NCBI GenBank assembly: GCA_963752155.1 | Contig: CAVVXH010000011.1 | Coordinates: 256,001 to 320,000 of the forward strand | Direction: 5' to 3' | Origin: an uncultured Parachlamydiaceae bacterium | GTDB taxonomy: Bacteria; Chlamydiota; Chlamydiia; Chlamydiales; Parachlamydiaceae | DNA: 64,000 nucleotides | In this document: positions 24,355 through 33,419 of the stretch, piece by piece | Position numbering within the stretch: the stretch's first letter is position 1 | Layout: each line of letters opens with the position of its first letter | Position numbers and translations under genes: made by a program | The notes under the pieces: model-generated | Seen by the model: only the letters and a program-made list of their open reading frames with translations | What the model was told of the DNA's origin: nothing | Databases searched by the model: none

Positions 24355-25569
24355 ATGGGAACTATTTTCACTGTAACTTTTCCCGATATTGGAGAAGGTG
24401 TCGTCGAGGGGGAAGTGATTGAATGGCACAAAAAAGAAGGGGACTCGGTTAAACAAGATGAGCCTGTTGTGATGGTCATGACCGACAAGGCCACAGTAGA
24501 GCTCCCCTCTCCTCATCCCGGAATATTTAAAAAGCAATACTATGCGCCCGGGGAAATGGCTATTAAGGATAAGCCATTATACGATATTGAACTAGCTGAA
24601 GGTCAAAAGGGAGAGCAAACTGAACGAACCAAGAAAACTGATCCCATTCATCATTCTGAACAAAAACAAGCAATTCCCGTTCCTCCTACATCTAATGAGT
24701 CTTCCATAGGTAAAAATTTAGCGACTCCAAAAGTTAGAGGACTTGCGAAAGAATTAGGAATTTCGATCGAAGAGATCCATGGAACAGGCAAAGATGGAAG
24801 AGTGACTTCTGAAGATCTGCGTCAAAAAACTATGTGTTCGATGACTTCGGTAACTCCTTTGTGGCATCTACCAGGAGACACGGAAATGCCGATCATAGGC
24901 ATTAAAGCGCGAATGGCCAAAAAAATGACCGAATCGAAAGAACTGATTCCTTCATTTTCTTATTTTGAAGAAGTTGAAGTTACCCGTTTAATTCAATTAA
25001 AAGCGAGCATGAAAACCAAAGCCACGCAAGAAGGAGTCCATCTGACATACATGCCTTTTATTCTCAAGGCACTTTCTGCATGTATCGTTAAATTTCCTTT
25101 TTTGAATAGTTCGTATGATAAAGAAAATTCGAAACTTATTTTACACCGTCAACAAAACATTGGTATTGCTGTAGCGACCCCTTTAGGGCTGATTGTACCT
25201 GTATTAAAGGAAATTGAGAAGTTATCATTGGAACCCCTCATCCGCAACTATGAAGAGCTCATTTTGCGTGCGCAGCAAGGTAAATTGCATCCTTCGGATA
25301 TGAAAGAAGCGACTTTTACTGTCAGTAATTTTGGCAGCAATGGAAGCCATGGACTGTGGGCAACCCCAGTCATTAACTACCCCGAAGTGGCGATTCTTGC
25401 CATAGGGAAGATCCATGCACAGCCGGTTGTGAGAAATGGAGAAGTTGTCGTGCGAGAAATGCTCAATTTATCCTGGAGCTTCGACCATCGAATTATCGAT
25501 GGAGAAGCAGCAGCACATATTTCGAGTCATCTATGCAAGCTGTTGCAAAATCCAGCGAGTCTACTTTAA
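24355..25569 (+). CDS. bkdB: Dihydrolipoamide acyltransferase E2
   Basis: Lipoyl domain TDKA, E3-binding ATP.VR.LA...GTGKDGR, catalytic DHRIIDG. Confidence 0.92.
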   Translation: MGTIFTVTFPDIGEGVVEGEVIEWHKKEGDSVKQDEPVVMVMTDKATVELPSPHPGIFKKQYYAPGEMAIKDKPLYDIELAEGQKGEQTERTKKTDPIHHSEQKQAIPVPPTSNESSIGKNLATPKVRGLAKELGISIEEIHGTGKDGRVTSEDLRQKTMCSMTSVTPLWHLPGDTEMPIIGIKARMAKKMTESKELIPSFSYFEEVEVTRLIQLKASMKTKATQEGVHLTYMPFILKALSACIVKFPFLNSSYDKENSKLILHRQQNIGIAVATPLGLIVPVLKEIEKLSLEPLIRNYEELILRAQQGKLHPSDMKEATFTVSNFGSNGSHGLWATPVINYPEVAILAIGKIHAQPVVRNGEVVVREMLNLSWSFDHRIIDGEAAAHISSHLCKLLQNPASLL

Positions 25570-25587
25570 GGCAGGAAATCAGGACAT
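25453..25587 (+). repeat. Direct repeat, copy 1 (3' end of the E2 gene); attL-like
   Basis: 135 bp repeated at 34435..34569 with 7 mismatches. Confidence 0.95.
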
Positions 25588-25602
25588 AAATCGCTGAACA
25601 TA

Positions 25603-26634
25603 TCAAAATAGAGTGCAGCTAACACCAAGTGATTGCAGGTTTTCACCAGGCGCGATGATCCCTTTTACAGCATTCATCATTGCTACTCTTTCTTCACAAC
25701 TCATTTTCCTTAAGGCTATCAGCTCTTGACTTTTTATTTCTTGACGTTTTAACTGCGCTCGGTTCTCTTCTTCAAGCTTTTTTTGTGCAAAGCCTAAGTC
25801 CACCTCTTTATTTTTTAGGCGATTTTCTCGCTTTGCATTCTTTTCCTGTAAACTCTGCTTTCGATAATCTATGTCTTTTTGATGTGCAAATACTTCACTT
25901 TGTAACTGCATTTCAAAGGCCCGATACTTCTCTTTTGAAGCAAATTGAGCATGTTGTAAAAATAAACCAAACATTTCTTTTTCTTCGTTAAGTTTTTGGA
26001 CACGCTTAGTCAATTCAATTCCAAGCTCGTGATTTTGTTGATCCCTTAAAATCTGTGCTTGTTCAGCGACTAGGTGAATTTCTGTCATTCTCGCTGAAAA
26101 TAATAGGGTGATTGCTCTTTCACATTTTCCCAACTGATCCTGTTGATTGATGAGCGCAATCGATCTTTCCGCATGAGAAAAAAGAGCTTCAATGAGCTCT
26201 TTGATAGCATTTCCCCAAGATTGGAAATTCTGAACATCGGCAGGCACAGCAGTACCTGCACGAATTTTATTATGTACATCACGAAAGTACTCTAGACGAA
26301 GTCCGATTAATTGTTTTGTTTCTGTTCTGCAGTCTTGGATAATTCCCCTAATTTGTTTTCTATCATCTTCTAAAATTTCGTACTGAATGTTTAAGATTTC
26401 CATCATTTTACTGTGAATTTCCAGTGTTGCTTGTGATGTAAGGAGCCCTCCTTGTAAACTGGTCAGGGTAGCATCAGCGCTGCGATTAGATACATTAAGC
26501 CCATACGGATCCGCACGATCGATCCCGTAATTAACACCATGGGCAGACGCATTCACCCCATATGGGTCTCTTCGATTAATCCCATAGCCACCATCATACT
26601 GATGACCAGCAACTAAATTATATGGATCTGCCAT
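25603..26634 (-). CDS. Coiled-coil protein with N-terminal DPY repeats and C-terminal CaaX (CTLF)
   Basis: RBS aaggag; Q/E/K-rich helical body; ends GVSCTLF. Confidence 0.85.
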   Translation of the reverse strand: MADPYNLVAGHQYDGGYGINRRDPYGVNASAHGVNYGIDRADPYGLNVSNRSADATLTSLQGGLLTSQATLEIHSKMMEILNIQYEILEDDRKQIRGIIQDCRTETKQLIGLRLEYFRDVHNKIRAGTAVPADVQNFQSWGNAIKELIEALFSHAERSIALINQQDQLGKCERAITLLFSARMTEIHLVAEQAQILRDQQNHELGIELTKRVQKLNEEKEMFGLFLQHAQFASKEKYRAFEMQLQSEVFAHQKDIDYRKQSLQEKNAKRENRLKNKEVDLGFAQKKLEEENRAQLKRQEIKSQELIALRKMSCEERVAMMNAVKGIIAPGENLQSLGVSCTLF

Positions 26635-26644
26635 AAAATCTCCT

Positions 26645-27478
26645 TTATTGTAGAATGCATCCAGTTTTTTGTTTAGGTGGTCTATTTTCCCGTGCTTCTA
26701 TCCTACGGGTTTGATTGGTTTCTTTAATTTCTAGGATTCTCTCTTGATGAGCAAGAGCCTGACGCTCAGTTTGGAGTTCTAATTTTTTCTGCTTAAAGCC
26801 CAATTTTTGTCGTTCTATTTCAAGCTGTTGATCATCCTTTTGTTTTTGATATTGAAAAACTTCTCGTTGCTGTTCTCTAGCATAACCATCCTGTTCTCTT
26901 TCTAGAGAAATTTTCTCTTTCTCAATGAATTGATTAAACTTTTGCTCTTGCACTTGAAGTTCCATCTCTTTTCGTTTGACTGTCATTTCAAAATCTGCTT
27001 TTCGACATTCGATATCTAATTTGATTAATTCTTTATATTCATTCAAAAGCTTTTGCCTTAAATCAAACATAACTTTAAATAGCGCATCATATTTATCGGG
27101 ATCAAAGCCTGCATCTTGCAGTTCTATTGCCCTTGAGGCAGTTTGATAAATGAGGTTAAGATAGTTTTTATATTCCTGTGAAATAAATGTGTATGCTTTA
27201 ACTGTTTCTTGATCCAAACCTCCTTGTTCCCTAAATCGCCTGGACATCTCTTGCAGATCAGCTCTTGCTTCGGCTTGTACTTCTATTGATTCTTTTAACC
27301 ATTGATTGCAAATTTCTTTAATCTGATTCTCTTCTATTCTGATCTGATGCGAATGATTACGGAAAGCAGCTGTGATGTCGGCAAACAATGCTTTTTGATT
27401 GACATCAAGCTGTTGAAGTTGGTTGTTAGCCCTTTCAATAAGAGGCATTTGATTTGCTCTATAAACCGTTGGTTCCAT
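26645..27478 (-). CDS. Coiled-coil protein with C-terminal CaaX (CILQ)
   Basis: Probable start MEPTVY at 27478 after RBS aaggag; ends RPPKQKTGCILQ. Confidence 0.85.
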   Translation of the reverse strand: MEPTVYRANQMPLIERANNQLQQLDVNQKALFADITAAFRNHSHQIRIEENQIKEICNQWLKESIEVQAEARADLQEMSRRFREQGGLDQETVKAYTFISQEYKNYLNLIYQTASRAIELQDAGFDPDKYDALFKVMFDLRQKLLNEYKELIKLDIECRKADFEMTVKRKEMELQVQEQKFNQFIEKEKISLEREQDGYAREQQREVFQYQKQKDDQQLEIERQKLGFKQKKLELQTERQALAHQERILEIKETNQTRRIEARENRPPKQKTGCILQ

Positions 27479-27530
27479 GATTTCTCCTTTTTTTCTAGAA
27501 AAAATAAAGCGAATTGCGTAGTTGTTATTC

Positions 27531-29117
27531 CTAATCTGGTCCCATGAGATCAATTACTCTTTTTTGGGCCTCTTTGTTGCCGTTTACAACATCTTTTATG
27601 TCTTGCTCCGTAATACCCTTTGCCCTAAGCAGATCGTCTACCCTTTCTTGGGATGTCATGTATTGCAAAAACTTCACAGATTTTTCCCCTACTCCCAAAC
27701 TTTGGGCTACCGTAGCTAATACAAAACCATATGGATTTTTCTTGATTAACCAAGGAGCTAAATCAATTGTATTACTAATAATCTTCTCGACGAATGACAA
27801 CTCAACATCTTCATTTTGCTGCTGGTTTTTTGGTTGGTCTTGCAAATTATGATTGGTATGGACATTGGGGATTTGAGGATTTTCTTGTCTACGGCTACCA
27901 GAAAAACTCAGAGTTTGATGAGACATTGCTTGTGGAGATTGAATTGGAAATTCTACTTTCTTAGGTTGAGCATTCAGTGGACGCGGGCTGGGCTTATCAA
28001 TGGTAGAGCTTATAGTCAATGAAGAAGGGTTCGGACTTGCTTGCAAGACTCTTGGAGCTGGATTTGTGGAATGGAGATGACTACCCCTTCCGATTTCAGG
28101 AACTTTGCTATTTAATACACGTCCAGATTGAGCTTGAGAAGCAAAATGGGGAATCACTTGCCCCGCTAGAGAAATGATTCGGTCGAAAGAGGCAATCCTA
28201 TCTTGCGAATTCATTTTTGCTAATTCTACATGTTCAATACTGCTAATTTTCCTCATTTCTATATCTCGTGTATTACTTTGAGCATTAAGGTTACACTCAC
28301 GATGATAATCAAGTTGTTTATTCTGTACCTGATTATCTAATCGAACTTTCTTCTTTTCTAAATCGAATTTCGCAAAGTCGAATTTTTCTAAGTGATCTTG
28401 TTTTCTCATGGTCATCATATTTTCAAATTGTCTCTGATTTTCTTCAGAAAGTAACTTTGCTCTTACTAAAACCTGCTGAAATTTCTGTGCTTCTTCTTGA
28501 AGAACGAGGTTTCTCTGCTTAATTTCTATTTCTAATTCATGATTTTCCTGTTTGCGTAATTCTTCCATACGAGTTTTAACTTCTTGTATATCCAGCATCC
28601 TCCCACGGAAAATTGCTTCAATCTCAGATAGATAATCATCGAGTTTCTTTTCTCTTAGTTGCTTGGCAAGAGAAAGAGCTTGAACAGCGATGTGGAAGCA
28701 GTGATCGTTGTATTCACAAACAGCTTTTTTTACAAACTGCCTTCGTCGTTCTGCTTGTTGTATGTCTCCTCCTTGACGAACAAACTCAATTTCTTCAAGA
28801 GTCACTTCTTTAAATTTTTGGGTCATGATCTTGGAGTCTCTTTGCCAATCGTCACATTTTTCTTCAACATCCCAATCTTCTGCAGTAAACGTGGGCACTG
28901 TTACATCGGAAATACGCCTGCCTCCTCTTGTTGACAACTCTTTTGCCAATTCATGGCTAGGCAATGACTCCTGTTGATGCCGACTATCCCAAGAAGTAGA
29001 ATCAAAAAGATAATTACCCGAAGCAACATTTTGTACTGGGTTGATTTGTTGCGTTGAATTAAACTCAAATCCGCCCCAGCTTGTTGATATTGAATTTTTA
29101 GATACCCCTGTTTGCAT
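27531..29117 (-). CDS. Coiled-coil protein with S/P/Q-rich disordered linker, paralog of 25603
   Basis: Probable start MQTGVS at 29117; shares the IF..RM..I......L..Q.NHEL.IE...R...L.EE...F module. Confidence 0.85.
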   Translation of the reverse strand: MQTGVSKNSISTSWGGFEFNSTQQINPVQNVASGNYLFDSTSWDSRHQQESLPSHELAKELSTRGGRRISDVTVPTFTAEDWDVEEKCDDWQRDSKIMTQKFKEVTLEEIEFVRQGGDIQQAERRRQFVKKAVCEYNDHCFHIAVQALSLAKQLREKKLDDYLSEIEAIFRGRMLDIQEVKTRMEELRKQENHELEIEIKQRNLVLQEEAQKFQQVLVRAKLLSEENQRQFENMMTMRKQDHLEKFDFAKFDLEKKKVRLDNQVQNKQLDYHRECNLNAQSNTRDIEMRKISSIEHVELAKMNSQDRIASFDRIISLAGQVIPHFASQAQSGRVLNSKVPEIGRGSHLHSTNPAPRVLQASPNPSSLTISSTIDKPSPRPLNAQPKKVEFPIQSPQAMSHQTLSFSGSRRQENPQIPNVHTNHNLQDQPKNQQQNEDVELSFVEKIISNTIDLAPWLIKKNPYGFVLATVAQSLGVGEKSVKFLQYMTSQERVDDLLRAKGITEQDIKDVVNGNKEAQKRVIDLMGPD

Positions 29118-29145
29118 AAAACTTACCCTTATTAAAACAATTGAT

Positions 29146-30018
29146 TTACTGAATCGAACAACGTTTATGGTGATGATGACCACGACCACCTCTTGGAACT
29201 GGTTGTTGGACTGGCCGTGGAGCTGGTGCTGCAGGGGCAGGTGGAAGACCAACTCCTTCACATTCTACGCTACCTGGTTTCACTAATTTATTTACCCAGT
29301 CAATCTCAGGCGGGATTGCTTTCACTTTCTTGTTTACGTGATTTCCTTTAATGAAGATCTGTGCAACAGCAAGTTCATTTGCGTGAGCTTGTATATACTT
29401 ATCAAAAGTCTCCTGCAGCATATTCCTTTCCACTGCTTCTTTTTGTAGTTGCAGTTCTTGTACTTTGTTCATTTCTTGGAGCTTTCTAGCGTTTTCTTGA
29501 TTCCTTGCGATTTCTTCTATCTCTCGTTCTCTTTCTCGGATTTGTTGTTGAGCTCTTTCAAACTCTAAGTTTCTTTGTTGGATAATTCCTGCTGCTTGAC
29601 TTGACTGTTGGAATGCTTCCCATTGGGCCTTTAATACCATGTCAATAATATTTTGAACTCTCTCTATGGAAGCATTTTGCATTTCAAGTGCTTTAGTAGC
29701 AAACACTTCAAATGTCTGAGCTTGACTATCTTTTGCCAGAACCATAACTTCCTTATAAATTGCTATTAATTCTTTTTGCTCAGCAAGAGGTAATCCTTTT
29801 ATTTCTTGAAGAAGCTGTTGATGCGTTTGTGATATTGCGTCTCGAGCTACTTTGTAAGCTTGTACCAATTCTTCTTGTGTCCTCGTATGATCTTCACCAA
29901 TTTTTTGCATAATTCCTTGGACAGCCACTATTACTTGAGGTGGAAGTTGTATTATCTGTCCGTCTTGGTTATAAGCGTCAACGATATTGTTTAATCCACC
30001 GATTGCCACTGGTTCCAT
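29146..30018 (-). CDS. Coiled-coil protein with Pro/His-rich tail and CaaX (CSIQ)
   Basis: RBS gaggag; ends PPAPAAPAPRPVQQPVPRGGRGHHHHKRCSIQ. Confidence 0.85.
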   Translation of the reverse strand: MEPVAIGGLNNIVDAYNQDGQIIQLPPQVIVAVQGIMQKIGEDHTRTQEELVQAYKVARDAISQTHQQLLQEIKGLPLAEQKELIAIYKEVMVLAKDSQAQTFEVFATKALEMQNASIERVQNIIDMVLKAQWEAFQQSSQAAGIIQQRNLEFERAQQQIREREREIEEIARNQENARKLQEMNKVQELQLQKEAVERNMLQETFDKYIQAHANELAVAQIFIKGNHVNKKVKAIPPEIDWVNKLVKPGSVECEGVGLPPAPAAPAPRPVQQPVPRGGRGHHHHKRCSIQ

Positions 30019-30068
30019 TTTTTTCTCCTCTCATTTGCGTGGGCTTGGACATATTTATCAAAAGTTTC

Positions 30069-30452
30069 CTAAAACTGCTCTTTTTTAATTGCACGCCAAT
30101 TTAATTCATTTTGCTTTTCTCTAGTTTTGAGTAAAACTTCTATTCCCTGATTATTGGCTGCTTTTATCCGATCACATTGCTTTTCTGTAGCTCTATTGAA
30201 TTGATCGTAGTTGGAAATCATTTCTTGATGTGTCATATGATGTAAATCAGAATACAAGGAAACCAATTCTTCTTTCTCTTGAGTAGATTTGCCTTTCATT
30301 TCTTGCAATAGTTGTTGTTGGGTATTGAGAAATTGTGACATAACATCATCCGAAGTCTGTTGCAAACACTGTAAAGATCGTTCTCTTGCATTAAGTAGTG
30401 TTTGTGCTTCTTGGCTAAATATCTCACCGATTAGCGGTAAAACGGGATTCAT
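30069..30452 (-). CDS. Short helical paralog of 29146..30018 (in-frame TAG before a homologous tail)
   Basis: Probable start MNPVLP at 30452 after RBS aaggag; TQQQLLQEMKG...EELVSLY matches THQQLLQEIKG...KELIAIY. Confidence 0.75.
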   Translation of the reverse strand: MNPVLPLIGEIFSQEAQTLLNARERSLQCLQQTSDDVMSQFLNTQQQLLQEMKGKSTQEKEELVSLYSDLHHMTHQEMISNYDQFNRATEKQCDRIKAANNQGIEVLLKTREKQNELNWRAIKKEQF

Positions 30453-30463
30453 AAAATCTCCTT

Positions 30464-31639
30464 TCATTGGTTATGAAAATTTCTTATGTTCTCTCGGATT
30501 TTTTCAATTTCTTCTTCATAGTTTCTCTCAAAGATCTGGTGTTGATAAGCAAGCGATCTTTTTTGCATTTCTATAGCAAAAAGCTCATTTAACTTTTTTC
30601 TTTCAAATGCTTTTGCTTCTTGGCTCTGAGAAAATCTTTGCTCATTTTTTTTGTGATCTAATTCGTTGAACTTAAGTAACTGTAAAATTTTCTGTCCTTC
30701 CTCTGTAAGTTTGATTTTGTGGAAGACAACAGCCATCTCAAGTTCAGCTGATGATGCTTCATTCAGCAAGAAGATTTTTTCTTTTAATAACCCAAGATGT
30801 TGTATGCGAATTGCAAAGATCAAATTGAGAGTTTCTTGATACTTTCTTAATTGGGTATTAAATTGTAATAGATCGAGCTTAAGGGCATATTCTGCAGTCT
30901 GTAAGTAAAATTCAGCAAGTTCTTTTTCCGCTTGGATCAAAAATTCAGCACCATTTTCTCTTTCCAGGTTTCTTTCGCGTTTATTTAAAATATTATCACT
31001 AGCTTGGAGCAAATGATCGACATATTGGTTTTGAGCTGACCTGTATTGTATTTTAAATAAACGGATCTGTTCTTGAATCCATTCATTGAAATGGAAATTC
31101 GGATTCGGAAATTTTTGTCTTAATTGAACTGCTTCCTCTTCAAGCCATTGGTAAACTTCTAAATCTTTAGATGGATCATATGGTATCAATTCCATTCCCA
31201 ACGACTCAATTTCTAGTTGATGTACTTCAACAATACTCATTTGCTCCAAAACAGCACATTGTTTTGTATGGATAGAAGAACCCAAATTCATTTCATGCTG
31301 TACTCTTTGTTTTTCAGCATTCATTTTTACTTGAATGATGCCACTATCAATATCAGAAGTAGAGACTATTTTCTCAAAAGTTTGTTGGTTTGATTCCATG
31401 GCTTTTTTAAAAACCGGCAGAGCTTTTTTTAAAGCTTCAAGTTTTTTGCCTTGCATTTGTTGGAGAATTGCTTGATGAGTAGTACTAACAGACCTTTGAT
31501 GTATTTCTAAATCTTTAGATAGGCTATCTCGCTGACTTTTTGCAATACCATCAATCGCTCTGGTATCGATTGAAGTATTGGGATTTCCCCTATAAAGCAA
31601 AACTGATGAATCAACAACACTTAAAGTACTAACTGACAT
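30464..31639 (-). CDS. Coiled-coil protein carrying both cluster modules
   Basis: THQAILQQMQG (module 1) and LIFAIR...ELEM...KLTEE (module 2). Confidence 0.85.
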   Translation of the reverse strand: MSVSTLSVVDSSVLLYRGNPNTSIDTRAIDGIAKSQRDSLSKDLEIHQRSVSTTHQAILQQMQGKKLEALKKALPVFKKAMESNQQTFEKIVSTSDIDSGIIQVKMNAEKQRVQHEMNLGSSIHTKQCAVLEQMSIVEVHQLEIESLGMELIPYDPSKDLEVYQWLEEEAVQLRQKFPNPNFHFNEWIQEQIRLFKIQYRSAQNQYVDHLLQASDNILNKRERNLERENGAEFLIQAEKELAEFYLQTAEYALKLDLLQFNTQLRKYQETLNLIFAIRIQHLGLLKEKIFLLNEASSAELEMAVVFHKIKLTEEGQKILQLLKFNELDHKKNEQRFSQSQEAKAFERKKLNELFAIEMQKRSLAYQHQIFERNYEEEIEKIRENIRNFHNQ

Positions 31640-31647
31640 CTTTTACC

Positions 31648-33330
31648 TCAATAAATAGATTCTTCTATTTTTTTCAAAGCCTCTAAAAAATTTACTAAAT
31701 TTTTTGACATTTCCCACTCTTCAAGTAATTTCTGGTACATTTGAATAATAATCTGAGAGTCATGTTCATTAAATTTACCGAGAACAATAAGTTTTTTTTG
31801 AATTGACAATAGAATTTTTTTTATCTCAAAGTTTGGGACTTTGAATATCAATTGTCGATATTCATTCTCAAATGATTGTTTTTGCACTGCATCTTGGTTA
31901 AACTGTTGTGCACGAAGCCGTTGCTTTATTTGATCTTGACGTAGTTCTTCGCGAACAGCAACAACTGCCGCTTTTGCATCTTTTCTAATTTCTTCAAACT
32001 TTTGTCGATGCTCTTCAAATTTTCCTAATGCTAATTTATCGTTCAAAAGCTGTTTTTCGGATTGTAAATTTTGAATATTTTGATTTTTTAAGCGACAAAA
32101 CGACAAAACATGTTCACCAGTTTTTAAGACGTCCTCACTCGCCTTTTCCAAAGTTTTTTGCGTACAGCTATAGTTTGGAGAAAGAAAAATAAGATAAACT
32201 AGTTTCTGTTCAGTAAAGTCAGTTTGGTGAACGAGCTCTTTTAATTGACGATCAATTTCTGCTACGCTTATCCTGTAATTGTTAAATAATAATTCGAGTT
32301 TTTTATTTACATACTCGTACCTTTCTTTACATTCCGAGATCTCTTGTTCTAAATTGCTAATAGACCTTTGAATATCTTCAATCGATTCCTGTATTTCTTC
32401 CTCGGATAGGGGCTCTTCTACTGTATAGGGAGCAGATTCAACTTTCATCACTTGGTGTTCTCCATGAGCAGAAAGGCATGATCCTTCATCTGAAGGAAGA
32501 ATCTGGAGTAAACTTCTGCACGCAGAGGAATAATCTGAAAACAATACATCAAAACGGGGATCTAATGGCAACGTCGAAGAACAAATTTCATGACCGAGAA
32601 GTTGACAAATCCTTTTATACACGTCGGGTTCGTAAGGAAAATGAAAACAATTAACGATCTGCATGATCTCTTTTCTTGTAGATTGAATGGAAAGAATCTG
32701 ATGAATAACTAGATCGAGAGTTTGATTTTCCTTACTCACTTGATCGAACAAATATTTAAGAGTTACATTTTTCTCAGCAAAACATTGATTTATCTTCCAG
32801 ATCTCTTCTATTTGAAAAAACAACTTGAAAAGCTCATTTAAATTTTTTTCTGATGGAACTATTTCTTTTAGGTGATGTGAGGCTCTACTTTTCACTTCAA
32901 ATTCTTTTCTATTATATTCTTGGCAACTACTTTGAATTTGCATAAGTAGAGAATTACGTCGTTCCTTGATTGAATAAGCATTATTGATTATAACTTCAAG
33001 TTGACTTGTTAAAAGTTCTCTGAAATTTTCTGGATAAACAATATTTTTCTTACATTGAACAAGCAACTCATATTGACTGTCAATTTCTTGGATGATTGCA
33101 ATTAATTCGGTCTGTGAAATAGAGTCAGAGGAAATCCGTTGCGAATCTAATTTCATGAGAAGATTTTTTACTTCTATAAATTCCTCATAGCAGCTTAATA
33201 GGTTACCTTTATCAAGCAGTAACTGTATTTTTTGAAATAGTATTAACCTGCCAGCACGTTCCGATTCCTCTTGAAGCCCCGTCATCCAATGGGTTGTATA
33301 TGGACCAATTGATGAACTTTCTGAGGACAT
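31648..33330 (-). CDS. Large coiled-coil hypothetical protein
   Basis: 560-aa ORF, RBS aaggag, Ser-rich N-terminus, heptad pattern IEDIQRSISNLEQEISECKERY. Confidence 0.85.
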   Translation of the reverse strand: MSSESSSIGPYTTHWMTGLQEESERAGRLILFQKIQLLLDKGNLLSCYEEFIEVKNLLMKLDSQRISSDSISQTELIAIIQEIDSQYELLVQCKKNIVYPENFRELLTSQLEVIINNAYSIKERRNSLLMQIQSSCQEYNRKEFEVKSRASHHLKEIVPSEKNLNELFKLFFQIEEIWKINQCFAEKNVTLKYLFDQVSKENQTLDLVIHQILSIQSTRKEIMQIVNCFHFPYEPDVYKRICQLLGHEICSSTLPLDPRFDVLFSDYSSACRSLLQILPSDEGSCLSAHGEHQVMKVESAPYTVEEPLSEEEIQESIEDIQRSISNLEQEISECKERYEYVNKKLELLFNNYRISVAEIDRQLKELVHQTDFTEQKLVYLIFLSPNYSCTQKTLEKASEDVLKTGEHVLSFCRLKNQNIQNLQSEKQLLNDKLALGKFEEHRQKFEEIRKDAKAAVVAVREELRQDQIKQRLRAQQFNQDAVQKQSFENEYRQLIFKVPNFEIKKILLSIQKKLIVLGKFNEHDSQIIIQMYQKLLEEWEMSKNLVNFLEALKKIEESIY

Positions 33331-33419
33331 ATTTTTTCTCCTTAATACAACTTTTGATTAAAATAATCATATTTTCTTTTCGAGCAGTAGCTAGGAATCA
33401 TATATCCCATTTCCCAGTT

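Noticed and set aside
29118..29261. N-terminal extension of the 576-aa ORF, and the similar extension 27479..27553
   Set aside because: They overlap upstream genes in another frame; RBS-supported starts lie at 29117 and 27478
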